Shown: piece by piece, positions 10,885 to 22,231 of the stretch
How positions within the stretch are numbered: the first letter of the stretch is position 1
Layout of the letters: the number at the start of each line of letters is the position of its first letter
Assembly (NCBI GenBank): GCA_963782055.1
Contig: CAWAIF010000003.1
Location: forward strand, 1,216,001 to 1,280,000
DNA length: 64,000 nucleotides
Source of the DNA: an uncultured delta proteobacterium
Lineage (GTDB): Bacteria > Myxococcota_A > Polyangia > Polyangiales > Polyangiaceae
Reading direction: 5' to 3'
Made by a program: the position numbers and the translations under genes
The notes under the pieces: generated by a model
Databases searched by the model: none
Seen by the model: only the letters and a program-made list of their open reading frames with translations
Told to the model about the DNA's origin: nothing

Positions 10885-11805
10885 ATGCGCTCCCGCCTGC
10901 TCACTCTCGGTCTCGTCGTGGGTCTCTCGCTCGGTGCGACCGGCTGCATCCAGAAGATGCTGACCGACGGCACCATCAAGTCGACACGCAAGGGCGCCGG
11001 CGCGCTCGACACCGTGGGCGACTACGACGTCGCGCGCGCCGCGGCGATGGCCGGCCTCGCCCAGTTCGAGGGCATGCACCGCCTCGCGCCGGACAACGAG
11101 GATGCCCTCTTCCTGCTCACCAAGGGCTGGGTGGGCTACGGCTTCGCCTTCGCCGAGGACGACATGGAGGCCGCCAAGCTCGCTGGCAACGACGAGCTGG
11201 CCGCGTACGACAGGAGCCGCGCACGCATGGCGTACGAGCGCGGCGTCTTCTACGGCCTGGAGCTCCTCGGCCACGAGGCCGAGGGCTTCAAGAAGGCCGA
11301 GACGAACGAGGACACCATCAAGAAGTGGCTGGACGCCAACTTCGACGACAAGGAGGACGCCGAGCCCCTCTTCTGGACCGGGTACGCCTGGCTGGCGCGC
11401 GTCAACGTCAACAAGGACAACCCGGCGATGATCGGCAACCTCTTCGTCGGCGTGGCCATGCTGGAGAAGAGCGTGCAGCTCGACCCCACCTACAACCACT
11501 GGGCCGGCACCGTGGCGCTGGCCTCGTACCACGCCCGCACCGCGATGGCGGAGCTGGACCAGGCCAAGCAGCTCTTCGAGGAGGCGCTCGCCAAGACGCA
11601 GCGCAAGAGCCTGGTGGTCCAGTACAACTACGCCGTCCGCTACGCCTGTTTGAAGGGCGACAAGGCGCTCTACGAGAAGCTCCTCAACGAGGTGCTCACC
11701 GCCAACGACCCCGACCCGCAGCAGCGGCTGACCAACGCCATCGCCAAGCGAAAGGCCAAGCGCGCCCTCAACCCGGACCGCGAGGAGGATTGCGGTTTCC
11801 CGTGA
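10885..11805 (+). CDS. TRAP-T (TPAT) transporter TatT lipoprotein component
   Basis: Lipobox GATGC, helical TPR-like body (LFWTGYAWLA, LEKSVQLDPTY, AKQLFEEAL, NAIAKRKA), directly upstream of dctP/Q/M. Confidence 0.85.
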   Translation: MRSRLLTLGLVVGLSLGATGCIQKMLTDGTIKSTRKGAGALDTVGDYDVARAAAMAGLAQFEGMHRLAPDNEDALFLLTKGWVGYGFAFAEDDMEAAKLAGNDELAAYDRSRARMAYERGVFYGLELLGHEAEGFKKAETNEDTIKKWLDANFDDKEDAEPLFWTGYAWLARVNVNKDNPAMIGNLFVGVAMLEKSVQLDPTYNHWAGTVALASYHARTAMAELDQAKQLFEEALAKTQRKSLVVQYNYAVRYACLKGDKALYEKLLNEVLTANDPDPQQRLTNAIAKRKAKRALNPDREEDCGFP

Positions 11806-11963
11806 CGCGACGCGTCACCAGCTCTTTTCGCCTGCCCTGAATCCGCGCGCTCGACTACCGTCCAACGCTTGGCCAGGGCCCGGACTGCCGAGGCCCGCCC
11901 GTGCGCCGGCCAAACGGCGCTCTCAGGGGGCGCCGTGACTGAGACAAGGAGGATCTTCACGCC

Positions 11964-12953
11964 ATGCTTCGAAAGTTGATCGCATTCGCCGCCGCGGCGG
12001 CGCTGGTCCTCTCCTTCAGCCACCGCGCGCACGCCGGTACGGTCCTGAAGGTGGGTACGCTGGCCCCGGGCGAGTCCCCGTGGGGTCAGGTGTTCAAGGT
12101 CTGGAAGAAGGCCGTGAAGCAGAAGAGCGGCGGCTCGCTGGAGCTGCAGTTCTTCTGGAACGGCACCCAGGGCGACGAAGCCTCCATGGTCGGCAAGATC
12201 CGCACGGGTCAGCTCGATGGCGCCGCCATCACCGCCGTCGGCCTGGGGCAGATCTACAAGCAGGTCCTGGTGCTGCAGCTCCCCGGCCTGTACCAGTCGT
12301 GGGGCAAGCTGGACAACGCCCGCACGCAGATGCGCGGCAAGTTCGACAGCGAGTTCGGCAAGCAGGGCTTCAAGGTGCTCGGCTGGGGTGACGTCGGCCT
12401 TGCCCACGTGATGAGCAAGGGCTTCGCGGTGAAGTCGCCGGCGGACCTCAAGCACAAGAACACCTTCTTCCTGCCGGGCGATCCCATCGCCCCGGTGCTC
12501 TTCTCCCTCGTCGGAGACGTGACGCCGCGTCAGGTCGGCGTGACCGAGATCCTCCCCGGCCTCACCAACGGGACGATCAACGTGGTCACGGCGCCCGCGC
12601 TGGCCGCCGAGCAGCTCCAGTGGGCGAGCCGCCTGGACAACATCAACACCGAGACCGCTGCCTGCGGCATCGGCGCGCTCGTCTTCTCGTCGACGCGCAT
12701 CAAGGGGCTGCCGGCGGACGCGCAGGCCATCCTGATCGACACCGGCCGCCTCGCCGGGCGCGCGCTCACGACGCGCATCCGCAACGAGGACAACGCCGCG
12801 TTCAACCGCCTCAAGGCGCGCATGCACACCTACACGCCGACGGCGGCGGAGCAGGCCCAGTGGGCCAAGCTCTTCTCCGACACCCGCGCCCGCCTTCGCG
12901 GCACGGTGTTCAAGACGGACGTGTTCGACCAGGCCGTGCGCTACTCGCACTGA
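11964..12953 (+). CDS. dctP: TRAP transporter substrate-binding protein (DctP/TatP type)
   Basis: Signal peptide; LKVGTLAPGESPW, GTQGDE..MVGKIRTGQLDG, GFKVLGWGDVG; AAGGAGG RBS. Confidence 0.9.
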   Translation: MLRKLIAFAAAAALVLSFSHRAHAGTVLKVGTLAPGESPWGQVFKVWKKAVKQKSGGSLELQFFWNGTQGDEASMVGKIRTGQLDGAAITAVGLGQIYKQVLVLQLPGLYQSWGKLDNARTQMRGKFDSEFGKQGFKVLGWGDVGLAHVMSKGFAVKSPADLKHKNTFFLPGDPIAPVLFSLVGDVTPRQVGVTEILPGLTNGTINVVTAPALAAEQLQWASRLDNINTETAACGIGALVFSSTRIKGLPADAQAILIDTGRLAGRALTTRIRNEDNAAFNRLKARMHTYTPTAAEQAQWAKLFSDTRARLRGTVFKTDVFDQAVRYSH

Positions 12954-13079
12954 CCTCGTCCCCCGCAGCCGGCGAGCCACTTGGCCGCTGACTGAGCCAT
13001 GACCCTCCGCCCGCGCGGGCTGGAGGGTCATCGCTTTTTGTGCGGTCGGGCGGTGGGTTGCTCTACCCTTGCAGGTCGC

Positions 13080-14540
13080 ATGACGGACGAGAAGAAGGGC
13101 AGCGACGACGGCGAGAGCACCGCCGCCGGCGATCCGGGGGCGGTGGCGAAGGGCGAGGCGGAGGCGAAGGCCGCGAAGCCGGAGGCGGAGGCGGAGGCCG
13201 CGAAGCCGGAGGCGGAGGCGGAGGCCGCGAAGCCGGAGGCGGACGCCAGGGAGGACGCTGACGCGGACGCCGAGGCGAAGGCCGCGGACGCCGAAGTGGA
13301 CTCGCCCGCGGCGGAGGAGGTCAAGCCGGGCGCGGTGGACGAGGAGGAGGTGGAGCACGAGATGCCCGCCATCCACCACAACCCCGCGCCCACCGGCGCC
13401 GCCTGGATGCGGCCGCTCGTGAAGTTCGATGACTGGTGGACGCGCGTGGAGGCCAAGCTGGTGCTCTACGTCCTCTTCTCCGAGATCATCGCGATGTGCC
13501 TCTGGGTCGCGCTGAAGGGGATGAGCGCGGATTACCGGCCGGGCGGCGGCGACTATTCCGGCCTGGTCCTGCGGGCGGTGCTGGGGGCGTCGGTGCTGGG
13601 GGCGATCGTCAACCGCGCCCTGCGCCCCAAGGATCCCGAGGACCCCGGCCAGCGGACACGCCACCAGGTGGGCGTCACCGTCGCGGTGGCCTTCGGCCTG
13701 GCGGCCTCGCGCCTCTGGGCGAGCGCGGGGAGCGAGTACTTCTCCAACGTCCTCAACTGGCTGCAGAGCACCAGCACCCTCACCCTGCTGGGTGGCCTTC
13801 GCGGCGTCGCGACGCGCCTCACCCTGTGGGTCGCGCTGCTCGGCGGCTCGCTCGCCACGGCGCAGGGCAAGCACATCAACGTCGACGTGGTGATGCGCTT
13901 CCTCACCCCGAAGCTGCGCGTGCCCGTCGCCATCCTGGGCTGGGCGGTGGCGGCGACGGTGTGCCTCGCGGGGGCGTGGGGCTTCTTCGACCACCTCGCC
14001 ATCGCCGAGTTCAAGGTGACGCCGGCGGTCGCCTGCGCCGACGACCCGGCCAAGATGTGCGACACGCCCGCCAGCGAGAAGATGAAGAAGGTGCGCCACG
14101 AGATGATGCGCGACTTCTTCCTCACCCGCCGTCAGCTCGCGCTGGACGTCGTCAGCGCGCCGCGCGTTCTCACCGGCGCCAAGTACGAGAACTACCTCCA
14201 CGCGGCGCGGTGGAACGAGTGGATGCGCGCCGGCGACTGGGAGGCCTACTTCGACAAGGACGACGTGGCCGGACAGATGATGGACGAGTCGGACGCCAAC
14301 GCCACCCGCCTGCCGATCATCAACATCCCTGGCTCGGGGGACAACACCAACGGCCTGCTCATCCGCGACCTGGACTTCGTCTTTCCCTTCGGTCTGCTGA
14401 TGATCGCGCTGCGCTTCCTCTTGCGGTGCCTGCTGGCGGCCACCGGGTGGGTGCGCGTCGACATCGACGCCGCCCACGACGAGGAGGACATCGACGACGT
14501 CCACGAGCCCCACGCCGCGAAGAAGGAGGGGGCATCGTGA
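13080..14540 (+). CDS. dctQ: TRAP transporter small permease (DctQ-like) with extended N-terminus and large loop insertion
   Basis: DctQ motif LWVALLGGSLATAQGKHINVDVV and terminal PFGLLMIALRF; lies between dctP and dctM. Confidence 0.75.
   Translation: MTDEKKGSDDGESTAAGDPGAVAKGEAEAKAAKPEAEAEAAKPEAEAEAAKPEADAREDADADAEAKAADAEVDSPAAEEVKPGAVDEEEVEHEMPAIHHNPAPTGAAWMRPLVKFDDWWTRVEAKLVLYVLFSEIIAMCLWVALKGMSADYRPGGGDYSGLVLRAVLGASVLGAIVNRALRPKDPEDPGQRTRHQVGVTVAVAFGLAASRLWASAGSEYFSNVLNWLQSTSTLTLLGGLRGVATRLTLWVALLGGSLATAQGKHINVDVVMRFLTPKLRVPVAILGWAVAATVCLAGAWGFFDHLAIAEFKVTPAVACADDPAKMCDTPASEKMKKVRHEMMRDFFLTRRQLALDVVSAPRVLTGAKYENYLHAARWNEWMRAGDWEAYFDKDDVAGQMMDESDANATRLPIINIPGSGDNTNGLLIRDLDFVFPFGLLMIALRFLLRCLLAATGWVRVDIDAAHDEEDIDDVHEPHAAKKEGAS
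13155..13241 (+). repeat. 27-bp coding tandem repeat x3 (EAEA[K/E]AAKP)
   Basis: Unit gaggcggaggcg[a/g]aggccgcgaagccg starts at 13155, 13182 and 13209. Confidence 0.85.
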
Positions 14541-16312
14541 GCGCCAAGACCAAGGCGCCGGACGCGCCGAAGGGATCGGCGGCGAGCCTCGGCCTCGTCG
14601 GGGCGGTCGTCGCCGCGATCGGGGCGATCGGCGGCCCGCTCGCCGGCATGGTCATCGCCCTCGCGCTGCTGGGCACGCCGCTCTTCGCGATCATGGGGGG
14701 CGCCAGCGAGCTCCTCTGGTTCACCCACAAGAACCCGGAGTACCACCACCTCCGCTACATCGCCGCGAACATCCTCACCGAGCAGTTCGCCGGGTCGCCC
14801 ATCCTCGTCACCATCCCGCTCTTCACCTTCATCGGCTACGTGCTGGCCGAGTCGAAGACGGCGGAGCGGCTGGTGCGCACGTCGGGCGCGCTCGTCGGCT
14901 GGCTGCCGGGCGGCCTCGCCATCGTGTGCGTGCTCGCGAGCGCGGTGTTCACCCTCTTCACCGGCGGCAGCGGCGTCACCATCATCGCCATCGGCGGCCT
15001 GCTCTACCCCGCGCTGCGCAAGGAGGGCTACTCCGAGCGCTTCTCGCTGGGCGTGGTGACCACCGGCGGGTCCATCGGCCTGCTCTTGCCCTTCTCCGTC
15101 CCGCTGATGGTCTACTCCATCGTCGGGCACGTCGACATCGAGTACGCCAACAAGGCGGTCATCGCGCCGGGCATCCTCGTCGTCTTGCTGTTCTCCGCGT
15201 ACGCCATCTACGTCGGCGTGAAGGAGAAGATCCCGCGCAAGCGCTTCGTGCTCGCCGACGTGGGCACCTCGCTCTGGACGCTGAAGTGGGAGCTGGGCAT
15301 CCCCGTGGTGCTCATCGTCGGCTTCAAGTGGGGCGGGCTGCAGCTCGACGAGCTGGCGGGCGCGCTCGCCCTCTACACCGTCATCGCCGAGGTCTTCTTC
15401 TACAAGGACCTCTCGCTCAAGAAGGACCTGCCGCGCATCGCCAAGGCGTCGCTCGCGCTGGGCGGCGCGATCATCCTCATCCTGTCGATGGCCAACGCGC
15501 TCATCAACTACGTGGTGCAGGAGAAGATCCCCGACGCGGTCCTCACCTTCATGCTGCACATGGGCATCGACTCGACGCCCAAGTTCCTCATCGCGATGAA
15601 CATCTTCCTGCTGGTCATCGGCATGTTGATGGAGGGCTTCAGCGCGATCCTCGTCGGCGTCCCGCTGATCCTGCCATTCGCCGCGCGCTTCCACCTCGGG
15701 CCGTTCCACGTGGCGATGATCTTCCTCATCAACCTGGAGCTCGCCTACTGCACGCCGCCCCTCGGGCTGAACCTGTTCATCTCCAGCTTCCGCTTCGGGC
15801 GGCCGGCGACGAGCCTCTATCGGCCCATCTTGCCCTTCTTGGGCGTACTGCTCGCGTCGCTGTTGATCATCAGCTACGTGCCGGGCCTGAGCACGATCAT
15901 GGTCCAGAAGGACATCGACGCCGCCCGCGCGAAGGCGGAGGCCATGGGCGCGCCGCCGACGGAGGCCTGGAAGCTGGAGTGCGTCCAGGACGACCCGAAC
16001 AACCCGCTGCCCTGCACCGACGCGGACCGCAAGAAATACCCGAACGGGCAGCTCCCGGAGCCACCCAGCGTCGTCGAGCAGCCCAAGGAGGACGCCGGCA
16101 CCGGCTCGAGCGACCAGGATCTGCTCAACCAGATGCTGGGCGGCGACGAGGACGCTGGCGCGGGCGGCGGCAACAGCGACGACGACCTGCTCAACCAGAT
16201 GCTCAACGCCGGTGGCCCGGACGCGGGAGCCCCCGCCCCTGCCCCGAAGGCCACGAGTGACGACGACCTGTTCAACCAGATGATGCAGGCCGGCGACGAC
16301 GGCGGCCCCTGA
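14537..16312 (+). CDS. dctM: TRAP transporter large permease DctM with acidic C-terminal extension
   Basis: IPLFTFIG, GGSGVTIIAIG, GSIGLLLPFS and ELAYCTPPLGLNLF motifs. The GTG start overlaps the dctQ stop (GTGA). Confidence 0.9.
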   Translation: MSAKTKAPDAPKGSAASLGLVGAVVAAIGAIGGPLAGMVIALALLGTPLFAIMGGASELLWFTHKNPEYHHLRYIAANILTEQFAGSPILVTIPLFTFIGYVLAESKTAERLVRTSGALVGWLPGGLAIVCVLASAVFTLFTGGSGVTIIAIGGLLYPALRKEGYSERFSLGVVTTGGSIGLLLPFSVPLMVYSIVGHVDIEYANKAVIAPGILVVLLFSAYAIYVGVKEKIPRKRFVLADVGTSLWTLKWELGIPVVLIVGFKWGGLQLDELAGALALYTVIAEVFFYKDLSLKKDLPRIAKASLALGGAIILILSMANALINYVVQEKIPDAVLTFMLHMGIDSTPKFLIAMNIFLLVIGMLMEGFSAILVGVPLILPFAARFHLGPFHVAMIFLINLELAYCTPPLGLNLFISSFRFGRPATSLYRPILPFLGVLLASLLIISYVPGLSTIMVQKDIDAARAKAEAMGAPPTEAWKLECVQDDPNNPLPCTDADRKKYPNGQLPEPPSVVEQPKEDAGTGSSDQDLLNQMLGGDEDAGAGGGNSDDDLLNQMLNAGGPDAGAPAPAPKATSDDDLFNQMMQAGDDGGP

Positions 16313-16978
16313 TCACATGCGTGCGCTCGCCGGCTGCGCGTCGGCGTCGTGCTCGGCGTACGGCAGCTCGCTGCGGTAGGTGTAGGCCTCCGTCTGCCCG
16401 TGCTCCTCGGTGTGGCGCTCGCACCACCACCACTCGCCGCCGCTGCGCGAGCGGACCGCCAGGCACGCCTGGCAGATCGACCCGGGTCGCGGCGTCTCGT
16501 CGTCGAAGGCCCCGGCGGGCTTGGGGCCGGCGTCCAGCACCGGGCAGCCCGCGCAGCGCACGACGCGCTCGGTCACCGAGCCGAGGATGAGCCGCTTGAT
16601 GTGCGGCGGCCGCTGCGTCCCGAGGACGATCAGGTCCGCGGCGATCTCGCGGGCGAGCTGCACGACCTCGTGCGCGGGGTTTCCCATCCGGACGTGGATG
16701 CCCACCCCCGCGCGCGCCAGTCCGCCCAGCGCCTCCGCCTGCTCGGCGACGTAGACACGAACGTTCGCGGCGGTCTTCTCGAGCAAGTCCTCCGCGTCCG
16801 CCTCCCCGCCGTCCTTCACGACGTGGATCACGTGGAGCTTGCTCCCCGGCACCCGCATCGCCACTCGCGCGGCCTGGTCGAGCGCGTACCGGCTCGCCTC
16901 ACCGAGGTCGATGCCGACCACGATGACGAAGGCGCGTCGCTCTCGACCGAGAGTCCTGTTCTGGGCGTTCTTCACCAT
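16313..16978 (-). CDS. Universal stress protein with C-terminal Cys/His module
   Basis: IVVGIDLGEAS, GNPAHEVV..ADLIVLG and LILGSVTERVVR..CPVL USP motifs; GAAGGAGG RBS before ATG 16978. Confidence 0.85.
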   Translation of the reverse strand: MVKNAQNRTLGRERRAFVIVVGIDLGEASRYALDQAARVAMRVPGSKLHVIHVVKDGGEADAEDLLEKTAANVRVYVAEQAEALGGLARAGVGIHVRMGNPAHEVVQLAREIAADLIVLGTQRPPHIKRLILGSVTERVVRCAGCPVLDAGPKPAGAFDDETPRPGSICQACLAVRSRSGGEWWWCERHTEEHGQTEAYTYRSELPYAEHDADAQPASARM

Positions 16979-16989
16979 GGGCTCCTCCT

Positions 16990-17460
16990 TCAATTGCTGA
17001 GGGGTAGTAGGTTGTTGACGGCAGCACGCAGGTCGTCGAGCGCGAACGGCTTGTCGAAGAGGACGGCGCCGAGATCCTCCGCGCGTGAGCGGGTCTCGTC
17101 GTCGCCGAAAGCGGTCATCAGGATGACCGGCACGCGCCAGTGGGCGTCGCGCAGGCCTTTGAGGATTTGCAGCCCGCTCGAGACGGGCATGCGAATGTCG
17201 GAGATGATGAGGTCGATGGCCTCGTCCGGCCGCGTGTATTGCGCGGCGATCTTGACCAGCATGCGCCCCCCGTCTGCGGCCTCCTCGACCTCGTAGCCGT
17301 CCTTGCGCAGCGCCCCGACCACGAGACGCCGCATCTCGATGTCGTCCTCGGCCACTAGGATGCGAGGACGCCGGTTGAGGTCGCGCTCGGGTGCAGGCGC
17401 AGCGGCGCGAAGCTTTCCCGAGGAGGCGAGGTTGCGTGGGGGTGACTCATCGATTGCCAT
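16990..17460 (-). CDS. Single-domain response regulator
   Basis: ILVAEDD, IISDIRMP, VILMTAFG and FDKPF receiver motifs. Confidence 0.9.
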   Translation of the reverse strand: MAIDESPPRNLASSGKLRAAAPAPERDLNRRPRILVAEDDIEMRRLVVGALRKDGYEVEEAADGGRMLVKIAAQYTRPDEAIDLIISDIRMPVSSGLQILKGLRDAHWRVPVILMTAFGDDETRSRAEDLGAVLFDKPFALDDLRAAVNNLLPLSN

Positions 17461-17484
17461 GAGGCTCCTTTCCGCCTCACGACT

Positions 17485-17500
17485 TGCATGCCACGTGCCA
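17485..17500 (-). promoter_or_regulatory. Sigma-54 (-24/-12) promoter for the response regulator-USP pair
   Basis: Minus strand reads TGGCACGTGGCATGCA (GG-N10-GC), about 25 bp upstream of ATG 17460 and directly downstream of an NtrC-family gene. Confidence 0.7.
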
Positions 17501-17514
17501 CGCGGCGGATGTGC

Positions 17515-19043
<1,529 letters not shown>

Positions 19044-19047
<4 letters not shown>

Positions 19048-20444
19048 GCGTTGCGGGGCAGATGGACCCTGAAGGTGGTACCGCGTCCTGGCGCGCTGTC
19101 TACCGTGATCCAACCGCCGTGGTCCCGAATGATTCCATACGAGACGGCCAGGCCGAGCCCGGTGCCCTCACCGACGTCCTTCGTGGTGAAGAAGGGCTCG
19201 AAGATGTGGGGCAGGTGCTCCTTGGCGATACCCGCGCCGTCGTCGCGTACTTCCAGGCACAGGCAGTCGGTGGCCACCTCGCCCATGCCGGCGGGCGGCA
19301 TCACCGCCTCGTCGCTCAAGCTGGTGGTCACCGTGCCTCCCTCGGGCATGGCCTGCATGGCGTTCATGACCAGGTTCGTCAGCACCTGTTGCACCTGGGC
19401 GGCGTCGATCGAGACGCGCGTGTCCTCGGTGCCGATGACGAGCTCCAGCTCCACCGTGCGCTTCTTGGCCAGGGGCCGGAGCAAATCCATCGTCTCGCGG
19501 CAGAGGTCGGCGACGTCCTCCTGGGCCTTCTGCAGGCCCGTCCGGCGCGCAAACTGCATGAGCTGCCGGATGATCCTGGTCATCCGCTCGCTCGCGCCGG
19601 CGATGACCCGCGCGTAGTCGCGGGCCTCGTCGGGTGTCGCCTCCCCGGAGGCGATCATTCCGGCCCGGGCGGACACCACGTTGAGCGGCGTGCCGAGCTC
19701 GTGCGCCAGACCGGACGCGAGCTTGCCCACCGTGGCGAGGCGGTCGGCGTGGCGGAGCTGCTCGAGCGTGGTGGCGAGCTTGTCGCTCATCGCGTTCATC
19801 TCCTTGGCGAGGTCGGCCAGCTCGTCCCGTGGTCGCAGGACCACCGGCCCGCTGAAATCGCCGTGGCCCACGCGCCGCGCCTTGTCGGAGAGGATCGCCA
19901 CGGGGCCGCCGACCAGCCACTGGCCGAGCGCGAACGCGAGCACCGCGCTCACCAGCACGAGCGCGCCGGCGCTCGCCACGGTGTCCACGATGGTGCTCTG
20001 GGTGAAGCGCGCCTCGCTCGTCGCCGGCTCCGAGAGCTCGATGGCGCCGGCGCGACGGCTGTCGATGTCGAGCGGGACGTAAGTGTACCAGTGTGGCTCC
20101 GGGTTGTGCACGAAGCGCGTGACCGGCTCCCCCGACTCGGTCGCGGCGAGCACCTCCGGGTCGATGTTCATCTCGCTGACCTGCTCGGCGTCGAGCCAGC
20201 GGATGTGGATGCGCTTGAAGTGCCCGTTGACCGCGTTGACGGTCTTGATCGCGGCGGTGCGGCCCTCCGTCGTCCACATCGCCGACACGGCCGCGCCGAG
20301 GGAGCGGCCGATCATCTCGTGATCGCGCATGCGATCCGACTCGAAGAAGGCGACCTCGCGCCGGACCCGGAAGTAGCCGTTGATCGCCAGGATGACGCAC
20401 GTGCCCGCCACCAGCGCGAGCGTGAGCTTGGGAACGATTCGCAT
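19044..20444 (-). CDS. Membrane sensor histidine kinase (HAMP, HisKA, HATPase)
   Basis: Two TM helices, HAMP (DELADLAKEMNAM), H-box LAHELGTPL, N-box NLVMNA, DDGAGI, FEPFFTTK, GTGLGL. Confidence 0.95.
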
Positions 20445-20720
20445 GGCCTTCTCCGGGGCGTCGCGTGCGGGCGCGCACGAACGCTAGCGCGTCACGCGCG
20501 CAATGGAAGATAGCGTGGCGTTTCGCCACAGGCGCCCCGATACGCCACGCACCTCCTCGACCTTCTTAGCAAATTCGAGTGGGTTCCTCGCGGAGGACGC
20601 GCAGGGTGCCTCCCGGCACACGCCGTGCAAAAAGCGGGGGAAGAGCGCCAGTCTGGGAGCGGCAAGTGGCCGCCGCTGGAGCGCGTCGACCGGGGAGCGG
20701 TCGACGCCCGCTCGCCAACT

Positions 20721-22112
20721 TCAGAGACGGATCGTCTTCCACGCACCCCGCCAGAACTTGATGCTCATGGTCACCGCGGCGAGCACGGCGTAAGCGCAGG
20801 CCGTCATCCAGATGCCGAGCAGGCCGTACCCGAGCTTCAGCCCGAGGAGGTATGCGCCGGGCACGAGCAGGCCGAACACCAGCACCAGCTGCGCGGCGGC
20901 GACGAACTTGGGGCTGCCCGCACCGAAGAGCGCCTCGCTCAGGATGAGCGCCACGCTGATGAGGGGCGTCACGATGGCCATCAGCAGCATGGGGACCATC
21001 ATCGCCTCGCGCACCCTCACGCTCTGCGTGAGGAAGTCGATGAGCGGCGCGCGGAAGACGAGGCCCTCCAGCAGCCCCACGACCCCGAAGACAAGCAGCC
21101 CGAGGCGCACGCTCGTCCAGCCGTAGCGGGACGCCTCGTCCGGCTTGTTGCGGCCGAGCGACTGGCTCACCAGGGTGGCTGTCGCCGTCCCGAAGGCGAT
21201 GCACGCGGTGAAGGTGAGCTTGAGGATCTCGATGATGTCGGTCGTGGCCGCGGCGTTGACGGCCTCCACGTGGTGGCGGTCCAGCCGCCCGACGATGCGC
21301 GAGAAGAGCCCGAAGCCCGCCATCATCACGATCGTCGCGAGCGCGGCGGGCATGCTCAGCTTGAACATGTCCCACGTGAGGCGGCGCGAGAGGTTGGACC
21401 AGCGGAGCGGGTGGAACTCCTTCCGGTGCCAGAAGACGTAGACCAGCATGATGGCGAGGCCGACCCACGTGGCGAGGAACGCCGAGAGACCGGCGCCCGG
21501 CGCGCCGAGGGCGGGCGCCCCGAAGTGGCCGAAGATGAACGTCCAGCAGAGAAGGACGTTGACCGCGTTCATCACGAAGGAGGCGACGAAGTGGTAGGTG
21601 GTCTTGCCGGTGCCGTCGAAGAAGCCCTTCACGGCCATCGTCATGGACATCGAGACGAAGCCGAGCAGGCGCCAGCGCGAGTACGCGATGCCGATCACGC
21701 GCACCGCGTGGACCGGGATCATGAAGTGCAGGATGACGGGGATGGAGAAGTAGCCGAGGACGGTGAAGAGCACCCCGCCCACCAGCGTGAACCACATGCC
21801 GTTGGCGAGGACGGCGCCGGCGTCCTCGTGCTTGTGCTCGGCGAAGCGCCGCGCGGTGAGGGCCTGCGTGCCGACGCTGATGGCGCCGAGCGACCCGCCG
21901 AAGAGCCAGACGATGATGAGCGACGGCAGCAGGGCCGCCTGCGCGTTGGAGGCCATCGTCTTGTCGGGCAGGTGCGAGAAGAAGACGACGTCGATGTCGT
22001 TGACGATGCTCTGCAGCAGCATCGCGAAGACCGTGGGCGTCGCGAGCTTGAGGATCGTCCACGTCTTGTTGCCCTCGAAATCGATGGGTGTGGAGATGCT
22101 CGCGGAGCCCAT
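20721..22112 (-). CDS. MATE family efflux transporter
   Basis: ILKLATP start, about 12 TM helices, GTGKT, FIFGHFGAPALGAPGAGLS, VSQSLG, GLLGIW, WRGAWK end. Confidence 0.9.
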   Translation of the reverse strand: MGSASISTPIDFEGNKTWTILKLATPTVFAMLLQSIVNDIDVVFFSHLPDKTMASNAQAALLPSLIIVWLFGGSLGAISVGTQALTARRFAEHKHEDAGAVLANGMWFTLVGGVLFTVLGYFSIPVILHFMIPVHAVRVIGIAYSRWRLLGFVSMSMTMAVKGFFDGTGKTTYHFVASFVMNAVNVLLCWTFIFGHFGAPALGAPGAGLSAFLATWVGLAIMLVYVFWHRKEFHPLRWSNLSRRLTWDMFKLSMPAALATIVMMAGFGLFSRIVGRLDRHHVEAVNAAATTDIIEILKLTFTACIAFGTATATLVSQSLGRNKPDEASRYGWTSVRLGLLVFGVVGLLEGLVFRAPLIDFLTQSVRVREAMMVPMLLMAIVTPLISVALILSEALFGAGSPKFVAAAQLVLVFGLLVPGAYLLGLKLGYGLLGIWMTACAYAVLAAVTMSIKFWRGAWKTIRL

Positions 22113-22231
22113 GAGAGGCCGCGGATCCCGGCGTGGCCGTGAGGCCGGGGACGCGGCAGGTGCTCCTTACGGCACCCTGGCATGCTTGACAAGTTGACAA
22201 CCTGGCGGGACCCGTTGCAAACCGGTGGAAC

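Noticed and set aside
11870..11945. Glycine-riboswitch-like words (gccgagg, ctctcagg) upstream of dctP
   Set aside because: The GGAGA element and aptamer architecture are missing; ctctcag simply falls within a single hairpin.
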